From the NCBI GenBank assembly GCA_964187785.1, contig OZ076416.1, positions 38,874,001-38,938,000 on the forward strand: a stretch of DNA of 64,000 nucleotides. Direction: 5' to 3'. Position numbers and translations under genes: made by a program. The DNA is from Amphiscolops sp. MND2022 (Eukaryota). The first letter of the stretch is position 1. The number at the start of each line of letters is the position of its first letter. Of this stretch, positions 38,251 through 49,599 are shown in pieces. The notes beneath the pieces were generated by a model. It did not search any database and was not told the origin of the DNA. It saw only the letters and a program-made list of their open reading frames with translations.

Positions 38251-39705
38251 ATGGCTGCGCAAAATTACTTGGCTTATCCAGACCTCGGCAGAGACCAATT
38301 CACAGGAACAGACCCAGATCAAGATCCTGAACAATTTATACAGCTAATTGAAAAGAAGTTCCGTTTCTCTCATGGTGATACCCCAGCAAACGGAGCAGCA
38401 CTTGACGACTACAACTTCAGGAGAAAATCCTACTTTGCTACACTACTAAGAGGACCAGCAGCGGAGTGGTTCGAGACAAGTATCACAGACGCTAACACCT
38501 GGCAAGAAATCAGAGAAAGGTTCATCACAAGATTCGCAGATGGCCGAAATAAATTCAGACACAGAATGGAAGCAGAACATGTCACCAGAAGAGATGGAGA
38601 AGAGATAAAGAATTTTCTACACAGAATCAAAATTGTTGTGGGGAAAGGCTGGCCAGATGATCTTGCCGGCGTCGCACAAAACGACAGAAACGCAGAAAGA
38701 GCAGCACAAGACCGACAAAGAAGACAAAGGTGCATCGACTACTCACTGAGAGGCCTAAGACCTCCAAAACTGAGAGAAAAGGCACACGAATATTTAATGG
38801 ATCACCCGAATGCAACCTGGGAACAATTCTCCCAAGCTGTAATAAACAAAGACCTCTCCTACACGGTAACTACCGCCCTAACTGGCGGAGAATCACATTC
38901 GGACCCACTCATACAAGAAATGCGAGACGACCTGAAGGGAATCAAACTACAAATCAAAGAACAGATGAATAACACAATCAACTCAGTAGAGAAAACTGTA
39001 GACCCTAATGCTACAGGTCGAAGAATGGCCACACGATTCTGTGGCTACTGCCGAACAAATGGGCACACACCTAACTGGTGCAGAAAGAAGATGAGAGATG
39101 AAGAAGTGAAGAAGGTTCAAAACGAAGCTAACCCAGAAAGAAGAATAACATTCACCAACGACTACAACAAAAGAACTGGACCTGAACATGGCTCTAGATT
39201 TCAACCAAGATTACCAGATTCAGAAATCAGAAAACTTATGGCTGTGGCACATCAACTAGCACTGGCTGGAGCTATGCAGTCAAATCCTGCCTGGAATCAA
39301 TACGATAGACCACAAAGAAAAAATTTCAACCCAGAACGCCGACCTACGAATACAAGACTCAATCCTGGTAACCGAAGATTTTCACAAGAAGGGAGAAGAC
39401 CCTTCCTAAACAATTCTAACAACTCCAGGAGTGTTTCCCCTGGACCCCAAAGAGCAAGATCTCCGTTCAACTTCAACAGAGACCAGTCTAGCTCCTTTAA
39501 TCGCAACATACAGCCTCTTCCACCAAGGAATAACTCAGTCTTTCACAGACCACTAAACAGAAACGAAAGACCAAACACCCCAACTCAAACTTACGATCAA
39601 AGGTTCCCTAAAACTAATGACATGGGAAGATCCAACACAGTACAGTTTCTCGAAACTGACTACTCGGTGAACTCTGTCTCCGATTTTCGCCCTTTAAACT
39701 ACTAA
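38251..39705 (+). CDS. gag: Gag (484 aa) with CCHC zinc knuckle
   Basis: Gypsy capsid-like N-terminus (FTGTDPDQDPEQFI...LRGPAAEWF), CGYCRTNGHTPNWC = C-X2-C-X4-H-X4-C, and an R/N/P-rich tail. Confidence 0.92.
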   Translation: MAAQNYLAYPDLGRDQFTGTDPDQDPEQFIQLIEKKFRFSHGDTPANGAALDDYNFRRKSYFATLLRGPAAEWFETSITDANTWQEIRERFITRFADGRNKFRHRMEAEHVTRRDGEEIKNFLHRIKIVVGKGWPDDLAGVAQNDRNAERAAQDRQRRQRCIDYSLRGLRPPKLREKAHEYLMDHPNATWEQFSQAVINKDLSYTVTTALTGGESHSDPLIQEMRDDLKGIKLQIKEQMNNTINSVEKTVDPNATGRRMATRFCGYCRTNGHTPNWCRKKMRDEEVKKVQNEANPERRITFTNDYNKRTGPEHGSRFQPRLPDSEIRKLMAVAHQLALAGAMQSNPAWNQYDRPQRKNFNPERRPTNTRLNPGNRRFSQEGRRPFLNNSNNSRSVSPGPQRARSPFNFNRDQSSSFNRNIQPLPPRNNSVFHRPLNRNERPNTPTQTYDQRFPKTNDMGRSNTVQFLETDYSVNSVSDFRPLNY

Positions 39706-39783
39706 GGTCTCCGAAAAATCGTAACAGCAGCACAGCCCCACTAAAATTTAGTCTTAATCTTTATTATTTTGCTGCCGGAGACC
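39693..39783 (+). promoter_or_regulatory. -1 programmed ribosomal frameshift signal (gag-pol)
   Basis: T TTA AAC heptamer in gag phase (39693-39699), a 6-nt spacer, then stem GGTCTCCG (39706-39713) / CGGAGACC (39776-39783) with inner GCAGCA/TGCTGC. The -1 frame is open into the protease. Confidence 0.85.
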
Positions 39784-42700
39784 CACAAAAAGATAGTGGC
39801 TTAGAAATCGAATTTCTACTAGACACTGGGGCAACATCTTCAATCATCACCTACAGGACCTTTAGAGAACTTTGCCAGTTTCAACAAGACCTAAAACTTA
39901 GTAGAAGCAATAACACAACACGGAACTACTCTGGGCAGATCATCCCTATGATGGGATACATCACCCTCAAACTCTACTACGATTCCGATGGACAACATAA
40001 CTTCCCATTAACAGTCTGGATAACAGAGATGAAAACCCAAAACCTCCTTGGAATGAATTTCTGCCAAGAACAAGTTAACAAAATACACTTTGATCTTCCT
40101 GGCATAGAACTCAAAAGACCTATAAATACTTTTTGCTATGGTAGCCTACAACTCAACAAATGTTACCCCTATCTATCACAAATTCTCTCAGTCCGAATTC
40201 CTCACTCAATGTATATCGAACCAAAGACGACAAGATGTTACAAATTCGCACCGGAAAACACTAATAACTCATTTCCTCCTGGATCTACGTTCCTACCGAA
40301 CAGGAAGGCAGTTTCTACTGGACTTAACTTCATTAATGTCCTCTGCACACGATTTGAGAAGACTTTACCAATCGTCATGGAAAACAACAAAAACCATACA
40401 ATCACTTTAGTAAAAGGAACTATCGGATACTCAATGCTTGACGTATTAGACCAAGAAATTCCGAAATACCAAATTAGAAACCCGACAGAACTCGCCTATG
40501 CTATCCTAAACGAAAACGAAGAATACAACGACTGTTTCCTATTACACTCTACCATCCCTTCACAAGATATGAACGATTGCCTCAGAATAGAAGGAGGAAA
40601 CTCGAAAACAATACTCAGCAGACCAGACCCTATCATCATCTTCGTCCCGGCCGACCTAAAACCAGCCAAAGGTTTCTCAAAAGGAATCCTAACGAAAATA
40701 CCTTCACTTAAGGATACATGCGCAAAACAGAAACCACAGAAAGGAGAAATCATACCCTACTGGGACGAAACTCTGAAACGATTTATATATGTTCTGATTA
40801 CGAAAGCAAAATCAAAAGACAAGATTGACCCACAATTGCTAGTTCAATCTCTCGAAACTCTAAAAGCACACGCCAAAATGAGCGGCATCAAGACTATATC
40901 CATGCTACGGGAAGCCTCAGAGCTAGAAGACTTCCAATGGCAAGACGTCACTCAACTCATTCAAGACGTATTTGCATACTCAGAAATACAACTCCGAATT
41001 TATACAAGAAACGAACTAGATGTCTATGCCATGACTACAAGAGGAGACCCCGAATACGTACTAGAAGATGAGATACAACAATTTTCCGAGCAATTTCATC
41101 TCAAACATAGAGAGCTGGAGACAGAGTTCACAAGCGACGCAAAGTCCTGTCAACCACCCTGCGATGAGCAATTTAAAATCTTCAGGCCAAAAGAAGACAA
41201 CGAACGACTGATCGAGTACTACCTTCAGTATCAAAATAAAGAAGCAGTGCGATACATTAAAGAATTCGACTTTCGCTACTCAGACCTCACAGACGAAGAA
41301 CTGGTTCTCCTAATAGACTTACTAATGGACGCAAGAGATGTATACTCCCAACACAAATTTGACGTAGGGAAAACCAGACAAAAATTTAACATTAAACTAG
41401 AACCTGGAGCAATTCTAAAGAGACAGAGACCCAGCAAAGTACCACTTCACCTACGAGAAAAGCTAGAGAAGCTACTCACACAACTCAAAGACGCTGATAT
41501 CATCAGAGAAATGGGCGACGATGAAGAAATGGGATCCTTATTTGTGAATCCTATTATACTACAACCAAAACATGACTATGTCAAGCTGATCATAGATGCG
41601 AGATATCTAAACTCGGTGACAGATCTAACAAATTATTCCTGGCCCTTAGAACCGATCCAAACCATAATGACACTAATAAATGGAAACATCTTCTCAGTAA
41701 GTGATCTCTCCTGTGCATTTCACCAAGTCCCATTAGACGAGCCCACGCAAAAACTCACCAGCTTCATCATTGGCGGAAAACAATACACCTTCACCAGGGG
41801 ATTCTATGGACTCAAGGGATTACCAAGCTTCTTTAGCAGAATGATGACTATCCACTTCGAACCCCTCATCAAAAGGAAACAGGCAATTACATACATCGAC
41901 GACACGTTGATGCAAGCCAAAAACAAACAAGAAATGTTCACGGTAATTCAAGAATACCATAACTTACTGCGGAAAGCCGGACTCAAGGCAGCACCAGATA
42001 AGACACTCTTCTTCTTAAGGAAAGTCAAGTTTTTGGGACACGTGATAGCAGCCGAAGGAATACAACCCGTAGCAAAACGAGTAAAAGACCTACACAATCT
42101 CAAATCACCAAAGACCAAAACCGAAGTGAAAAGCTTCTTAGGAGCTTTGGGCTTCTATAACTGCTACATCAAGAATCTTCACGTCGATAGTCGACCTTTT
42201 TACGAACTCACCAAGAAAGATACAAATTTTTGTTGGAACCAAGAACACGAAGACCTTTTCCAGGAAATAAAGAAAAGAATTACCGAAGACACAGTGCTCG
42301 CAATACCCTCGACAAAATACCCCTTTCACATACACGTCGACTCGTCAAACGTTGGGACAGGATGTATCCTCATCCAACAATTCCCAGAAGGGAAACGGAT
42401 CATTTCCTTCAACTCAAGAGTTTTCGCAAAGGAAGAACAAAAGATGTCCACACTACACAGAGAATTATGTGGCATAGTCTCAGCTCTTCAGACGTATGAA
42501 CACTACATCATCGGATCTCCCTTCCCCATCTACCTATACTGCGATCACAAGCCGATTCTTTATCTCTGGGGAAGAAAGGGACAAGTTTCACCCCGTTTTT
42601 TTCGGTACCAAGTAATTATATCTAAATTCCCGAATCTCAAGATAATTTGGACTCCAGGAAGCAACCTAGCCTTCCCTGATATACTCAGTCGAAACGTCTC

Positions 42701-45202
42701 CATCGAGGAACACAAGAAACATCAACTCAGTCACAAAGTCATCCCAACTGACATACACTTTTTCGACGAACATGGAACCCAAGTACACTACAAAATCAAA
42801 CACGAAGAAAATGAAGAGACATCCAAGAACGACTTTTACCCCATCTTGTACGAGAAGGGAAAAGAACGGAAAGTACTTCATCTCCAAAATGATGGGAATA
42901 ACTTCATAGTTAACTCTATCTACGAGGAACCTAACCTGCCGAAAGTAGAGTCAGCACAGAGTTGCCTCGACGCTGGAAGAGAACTTGGAAAATTCGAAGA
43001 ACTAAGAATCAGGTCTGGAACACGGGATAGCACATCGGATTTATCACAAAACACTTACAGCTCCATCAACAGTGATACGGATGACGAAGCCCTCACAGAC
43101 AATCAGAGTCATGAAATTAACGAGACCAACTACGAGCTCAACACAGAAGATCTCATCGCGCGTAACCCAGGTCTTCCCAAAAACGCAAAGGCAATAGAAC
43201 ACCTCGATCTACCTACAAATTCAACTGAAAAACAAAAGACACCAACACAGGAACTCGTCAGACAACTTGATAAACTATCCAAAGAAGTAGAACTAAACGT
43301 TACAACGATCTTACAAGAACAAATAAATGACCCGGTACTCAGCGTAGTCCGACAATGGGTAAGAACAGGAAACAAACCCGAACCAAAGTCACCAGAGTTA
43401 CAACACTCAAAAGGCCTCATGCGTTACTTTCAGGAATTCGACAGATTATCTATAGAAGGCCAAGGAAACCTCCTTTGTTATAACGAGCCAACTGATGACC
43501 CAACAGACGAGAATCTGAGAATCTGTCTACCCCTCTCTCTATTTTTAGCTTGCTTTCGTATGGGACATTACAACGACCTCGGCGGCCACATGGGAGCAGA
43601 AAAGACCTTCCTCAATGCTAAGAGATTTTACTACTGGCCAGGGATGCACAACTGGATCTGTGCCCTCACACAAGATTGTGTTAGCTGCCAATCTAACAAA
43701 TCCAAACAACGGAGAAACAACGAAGTCCCACTGGAAGACTGCGAAACCGAAACTCAAGTATTCAGAACCATCCACATTGATCACAAAGGACCACTCAATC
43801 CTCCCAGTCGTGGAAATTCACATTGCCTTCTGATCATCGACGCCTTCTCACGTTACCTGATGGCATACCCAGTCAGAGACACAGGAGCACAATCTACAAT
43901 CAACGCGATGGAAAAATGGATTATGCACTATGGCATCCCTCAATCTATCGTACATGATAGAGGAACAGCTTTCGTGAACACTGAATTCGTCAATTGGGCT
44001 AAAGAGTTTGGCATTACACTTCGACCAAGAACCGCACACTCACCCTGGACAAATGGCAAAGTGAAACTCAAAATCAACACATTGCAAGATACTGGAGAAA
44101 CTTCTTAAACGAATCAGGAAACAACTGGGCCCAACTAGCTGCCAAATTTGCATTCGCCCACAACACAAGCATCAACTACACAACTGGAAAGACCCCCTAC
44201 GAGATAGTGTTTTGCAACAAACCACAGATACCTATGAGTCTGAAGCTGGGACTCTACAGGAACAAAAACAAGAACTGCAAATCACAATTCTGTCAAGGAT
44301 TACCTCCTCATTGCCATAGCGAAAACCAAGTCAAAAACGAACTACTAAATGGACTATTACGACCACAACTATCACAAAGCTTATTGGAACGAGAAACAGC
44401 CTTCAAAAAGGTCTACTCATCCACATACGAAAAGTGCAGAAAACAAACAGCTCAATCACACGCCTACAGGAACAGATTTAAACTTGGAAACCACCTCAAC
44501 ATAGGACAAAAGGTTCTGCTAGAAAACCATAGAAAAGATCTCTCCAAAAGCGAAAAACTCCAACAACTGCGACTAGGACCCTTTACGGTTACCAAACGAA
44601 TTACAAATACAACCTACCAAATAATAGAAGATCAAAACCCCGAGAATCTCCGAACTGTACATAGGAATCATCTAATAGAATACTTTCCTAAAGAAGAAAC
44701 ACTCCCCCCTCTTATCGAAGAATACACTACTCCCCACCGTGGAGACACGGATTTTTATAACAATCTTGTCAAAGGAAGAATTGAACAACTTAATGTTTCA
44801 GAACCACAAAAACTCGGAGACCTCTGCATATTGCCAGTACGGAATCAACAAAACCAAATACTTGCCCGCAAAAGAACGCAAACCCCCCAGAGCACAGACT
44901 CTGGTATCATCTCTCCAGAAAATCAGTTGTTGTCAACTCCCAAGACCCCCGATCAGCCTTCTACATCACATCCTCAAAACGCAGCAACCCCTATCCTGAC
45001 ATTAACTCAACGTCAACCAACTCCAGCACCCCCAACTAACACCCCGGCATCTTCTACCAAGTCAACGACTCCCTTGCAAGAATTACGAAGAGCCGTTGCC
45101 CGCCAAATAGAGAGAAATCCGCGTTATCAGCGAGCACAACCCAATCAACCAGCGCTACAGTCCATACTTCGTGAAAGGACTAGAATTGGTTACAAAGAAT
45201 AG
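39693..45202 (+). CDS. pol: Pol polyprotein: protease, dUTPase-like remnant, macrodomain, RT, RNase H, integrase; 1-nt frameshift at ~44063
   Basis: LLDTGA (39822-39830); YIDD (41892-41903); RNase H HVDSS/RELCG/CDHKP; integrase HHCC (GGHMG...CVSC), IHIDH, HDRGTAF and NGKV(E). After the frameshift the reading continues ETQNQHIARYWRNFL...TPYEIVF...LGPF (GPY/F motif) to the stop at 45202. Confidence 0.93.
40600..41006 (+). other. TARG1/OARD1 (Poa1p-like) macrodomain embedded in Pol
   Basis: RFIYVLITK...SLETLKAH...ISM...QWQDVTQLIQDVF..SEIQLRIYT parallels human OARD1 RYIYYLITK...SLEAMKSH...LSM...QWENVSAMIEEVF..TDIKITVYT (recalled sequence). Confidence 0.8.
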
Positions 45203-45209
45203 CCTTACT

Positions 45210-45605
45210 ATGCCGTGCCATAAAGTCTATCTAAACTTACCTTGGCAAGTCCCGCGAGAACTCCAGTCCTTAGGAGTCCTACAGGTTACGATTACTAAAA
45301 TCTACTGGACCTACAAAAACAAAATAGTTAGAATTTGTTTCTACTCCAACGACCCAGATCCTAGCCCACATAAACAACCTACGCCTAGAAAATCTAACCT
45401 TCATATACACCCAGAGTCACCTACTTTCATATCAACACTTAGCCTATATCAAGACTTAGCCTATTATGCCGTCACCCACCATGACCCTATCCTAGAGGAA
45501 CTCCTATCCTACATGCCTACCCTGATACCTGACCTACAACCTTCATTACCTAACACCCAAAAAGACTTATTCTGCTGTTCTACTATCTCCTCGCCTAGCT
45601 CCTAG
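45210..45605 (+). CDS. Small accessory ORF A (131 aa), unknown function
   Basis: ATG 7 nt after the pol stop, with the same A/C-rich composition as gag-pol. Apparent similarity to ORF 49589-49933. Confidence 0.55.
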   Translation: MPCHKVYLNLPWQVPRELQSLGVLQVTITKIYWTYKNKIVRICFYSNDPDPSPHKQPTPRKSNLHIHPESPTFISTLSLYQDLAYYAVTHHDPILEELLSYMPTLIPDLQPSLPNTQKDLFCCSTISSPSS

Positions 45606-47615
45606 CCGGATATTACCGCTTATTTGAAAAATATTATCTTTATTATTATTATTATAACGATTAGACCATATATGTACATAGAAAACGCAAAAAAAGTGTG
45701 TCATAGGAAGTCCGAACTCCAAAATACGGGTGTACATAGAGAGTTTCTCAACTTGGGAAGTTATATTCACACTGCAGCAAAAACAAATATAAACCATCAA
45801 ATAGTGTCCAAATACAAGGCTGCATGCACAGAGTTGGAAATTTCCGCCGGCTGGTTGATGAGATAACCAACCACCACTCAGGACGCTCTATGACATCATT
45901 CGTTCACGCTGGAAACGCGTTTGCGCTGCCGTTCAGCGTACCACTCATCGAATTGCGTAATCAGTCTTGTTTGTCTTCATTCCGAGACATTAAACGGGCA
46001 CTTTTCAGTTTTATTATTTTTTGATATCTTTTCTTCTACGGTTTTTATTTTCACATTTCTACTAACGTTCCAAAAATTCAACGATTGAAATTATTAGACA
46101 ATTTTTGGCCCTTAAGTTACAAAGAAGCCTCAGATCGAAAAACCAGCGTTTTAAGAGGAATTTAAAATGGACGTGGGTTCATAAAACATCCTTGTTGCCC
46201 CGGACACTCCACTGATTCGATTTACAAGCCCTGGACTTGCGACAAAGGCACTAATTGACAACATTTTGAAGTCAAACCCTTGTTCACTGCCAGTGTTGGA
46301 TTTACTCGACTCCCGAATTGACGCAAATTTATCGTCAAAACTTGTTAATAATATTACTGGAGAGCATGTAATACAAACTCCACCACCAAGCGAAACTTCT
46401 GAGCCAACTCCCGAAGCTGAACAAGCTGAAAAGAAACAAAAAAAAGTAATGAAACCAAAACAGTGTTTTATCAAACAGCGTCAGTTTTGACCCTACATGC
46501 CGAGTTTCTTTGTCAGCACATCAAGACGACCAAAATCGCAGACTGTGTTGTGAAGGGGATTCGGGTCGTATTGAATTACATCTTCGGTATTACGGGTATG
46601 CTATGTTATAGCATCAAATTGTTTCTTTCTATTCTGAATGTTAATCATACAGCGTCTTACATGTTCAGCAAAAACTAGAAATTACACGGTATTACGGTTT
46701 AGGCGAAGGAACCTCTCAAGACTGTCCAGACAGAGAGTCGATCGAGGAACAAGATGAGATTCACTTTGATTCCCTTTATGTCTTTTCTTGGCGAAACTCG
46801 GGACTTACTCGACAGTTAATCGTAGAGTGATAATTATTAGAGTCGCCTTGACGTAATATGTCCTTTCAAAGGGCGTTTGGCTTGACGCCATTTCATATTT
46901 TTCCAAGAGTCAGCTGCCGTTTTGGCACGCTAACCTTTTTCGCAATTAGTCAGTTCAGAAAAACATAACCGGACACTTCATCGGAAGTTTTTCAAAAAAT
47001 CAGGAAACATTTACATTCGCATTTGCTACATGACACACAACCAAAAATTGGTAGAATACGAGAAAAATATGCTTAAAAACCTAAAAACAGAACATTACTT
47101 GCATAATACGATGCCTAAACATTGTTTTGTTGATGTTAGTAAGCATCATTGGCTTACAAGTGCAAATATAAAAGAGTTATATTATTAAATACCCTTGCCA
47201 CGTAAGGACTGAAAATTAGTGCTCAAAACATTTTAAGCCAAAACTTGAAAATGACACTCCCATTTTGGGCTCAAAAGATATATTTCGTTGGGATTTCACC
47301 CAATGTAAACATTGGTATAAGTTTTAATACTCTATTTTAAACCGTTAAAAAGAAACAGAGTCAGGAAAAGAGCATTCGCAAAAAAATGGGGGCTTTTGTA
47401 TTCATTAATTGTCCTATAATATTAGTTTTTGAGTCATATATTGTCTGATAATCGAGAACCAAAATCATCTAGTCTAATAGAGAGTCTAATAGTTAAAAGG
47501 TTGAGACCGTCACCAGGCCATAAGTGTAGCATAAGAATTGAATAGAAACAGTGTAGAATGCTGTTAGAATTGCTGTCTAGTATGCGGAATGAAATGAACA
47601 ACGAATGAGAAGCTG

Positions 47616-47668
47616 TGACGTCAGAATTAGATTAGGTCACGTGACCTCCGATAATCCCCGCTGGGCGG
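47616..47668. promoter_or_regulatory. Internal promoter-like motif cluster
   Basis: CRE TGACGTCA (47616-47623), palindromic E-box GGTCACGTGACC (47635-47646) and GC box GGGCGG (47663-47668), in an AT-rich non-coding stretch. Confidence 0.45.
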
Positions 47669-48061
47669 ACATAAAGAATCTAATAATATCAAATAACAAG
47701 TAATAAATGTTTTCGGCCTTGAAAAGAATGTTAATCAAGACTTAGACCTTTGGAAAATATTGCAATTGTAATCTTATCACACCCAACTATGTTGGCATAT
47801 ATTTTTTGAGAAACGAAACTCTTGCTATTTTTAAACATTTGCGAGTTAATTTTTTCCGCTAGGACATAGAGAGTCTGGCATGTCACAGAGAGTCTGAATA
47901 ATATTAAAAATTTGTACATAGAGAGTCTAATAAAAGTTATTATTATTATTAGACTTTTTATCTATACAATTTGTGCAACCCCGAGAAGGAACTTACGAAA
48001 AGCAGCAAACACAAAAGCGTAGAAAAATAAAGTATTTCCTGGAGATGAGAGGCAATAATGC

Positions 48062-48703
48062 CTACTCAATCTCCAGGAAACCGCCCCTCTCGGCAAGCTT
48101 CCGCAGCTGAGCCGCCCGCTCTTGCATAGACCATACAGAATAGAGACGCATCCACTGTCCCCGCTCAAAACCAGTGAGTTGAGCATAGCCACGGATATAT
48201 GCTCGTAATTGGAAAATGACCATCTCCCCTATGGGTGACAGCAGAGTTCCCTCCCACCTGGCTCCCCAGTTTGCCCGGAGGAAACTAATCAAAGGGTTAG
48301 GAATGGGCGCTACAGGAACAGCGAATCCCGGTGTTCCCCGAAGAGAACTCGCTATATTCGCCCAATTTTCCAGCCTGTCTATATCTCTCATAGTAAAGAG
48401 ATTCAAGAAGTGTTGGAGGCTGGAGTCCTCCAAACTCCCCTGAGCCATGGTGACAGACCCAGCCTGCGGGGCTACAGTACCCACAAGCGACCCAGAAGAC
48501 GCAGGTGCAGCGCGGGCTCCAGATGATGAAGTAGTAGACGAGCCCCCACGAGCTCCAGCGGACGACGACTGCCCAGCCACGGAAGGCCTCACAGAAGACG
48601 AAGACGTCCCACTAGCCGACACTACACCAGTAGAGGAGGACCCCGCAGATGTAGTGGACGCGGAAGTTGAAGGGCCACCTCCTTGCTCCTCATCCGTTGT
48701 TGC
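48062..48703 (-). CDS. Antisense accessory ORF (Ser/Gly/Thr-rich N-terminus, ~120-aa Trp-containing domain); start uncertain (first ATG at 48448)
   Basis: 214 stop-free codons in a GC-richer block with sharp AT-rich borders. Globular-looking C-terminus LQHFLNLF...RANWGARWEG...GQWMRLYSVW. Confidence 0.55.
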   Translation of the reverse strand, partial: ATTDEEQGGGPSTSASTTSAGSSSTGVVSASGTSSSSVRPSVAGQSSSAGARGGSSTTSSSGARAAPASSGSLVGTVAPQAGSVTMAQGSLEDSSLQHFLNLFTMRDIDRLENWANIASSLRGTPGFAVPVAPIPNPLISFLRANWGARWEGTLLSPIGEMVIFQLRAYIRGYAQLTGFERGQWMRLYSVWSMQERAAQLRKLAERGGFLEIE

Positions 48704-48982
48704 TCATCCCTAAATACAAATACGATTTATTTAAAGTCATGCAAAATATTTATAATTATCGATTGAAGCAAACCATATATATATCACTATTCAACCTAGT
48801 CATCAGATATAAAATATAATATCCTACCCGGACATTTGTCTAGTTTACTACGACGACTCATGAAGTCGTAATCCTCTCTCCTCTACAAATACCCCAAAAA
48901 AACGCAATGAAATAACTGATGATTCCATTCTCAGATTTGCTATGTTTGATGAACACACACCAAAAGGCATAACAGCTCACTG

Positions 48983-49204
48983 ATGATCATAATATTCAAA
49001 ATCGACAACCGACTTTCCCAGATCACTGACATTCAGAAGGAACCCTCAACACAGAACATAATCATACAAGCCTATGCAATCGCAGAGGAAGTGAGTGAAA
49101 CCTACACGTGTGTGCCAGCATCACCTATCTACCCACTACTGGAGAGTCTACTATATAATAACACTACTACCGAAGTCTTCACAAGAGCCAAGTCAGTCCT
49201 TTAA
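48983..49204 (+). CDS. Small accessory ORF (73 aa; upstream part possibly degraded)
   Basis: Its TAA overlaps the next ATG (TAATG at 49202-49206). Confidence 0.45.
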   Translation: MIIIFKIDNRLSQITDIQKEPSTQNIIIQAYAIAEEVSETYTCVPASPIYPLLESLLYNNTTTEVFTRAKSVL

Positions 49205-49599
49205 TGTCCTCTCCCGCAGTTGCCGTATTTCGAGGAAATAAGTACTACTTCCACACTCAATTTCAACCTCCGGTTCCTTGGAAACCTATACAACTCACGG
49301 GTGAATACGAAATACAGTCAATCTTTTACGAGATCACTACCTCGGCGATACAAGTCCGTATACTCACACCAGAAGACAAAGAAGCACTAGTCCTCTTCCC
49401 TATTCACTTCGGGTCCAAGGAATACGCCTACCTATTCCTATCGTTCCAACAATACATACTCCAACACCCCGCTGTCCTTAAAGACAAGGCTTTCGACGGC
49501 TTGGTTTATTTTATGGATATCACCCTAGTAACTAACCCCTTTGAAGAAGAGGTTAGAATCAAATATCTTCACACCCTAGTTGAGACCTATGATGTTTAA
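49204..49599 (+). CDS. Small accessory ORF B (131 aa), unknown function
   Basis: ATG-initiated, protein-like composition, overlapping both neighbouring ORFs. Confidence 0.65.
   Translation: MSSPAVAVFRGNKYYFHTQFQPPVPWKPIQLTGEYEIQSIFYEITTSAIQVRILTPEDKEALVLFPIHFGSKEYAYLFLSFQQYILQHPAVLKDKAFDGLVYFMDITLVTNPFEEEVRIKYLHTLVETYDV

Noticed and set aside
39693-45202. Classification as BEL/Pao or Copia because of the chuvirus-like env
   Set aside because: The PR-RT-RH-IN order excludes Copia. YIDD context, a single C-terminal Gag CCHC, the GPY/F motif and a 4-bp TSD fit Ty3/Gypsy rather than BEL/Pao.
48447-48713. 88-aa acidic plus-strand ORF
   Set aside because: Best explained as the antisense shadow of the Ser/Gly/Thr-rich part of the longer minus-strand ORF; not fully excluded.
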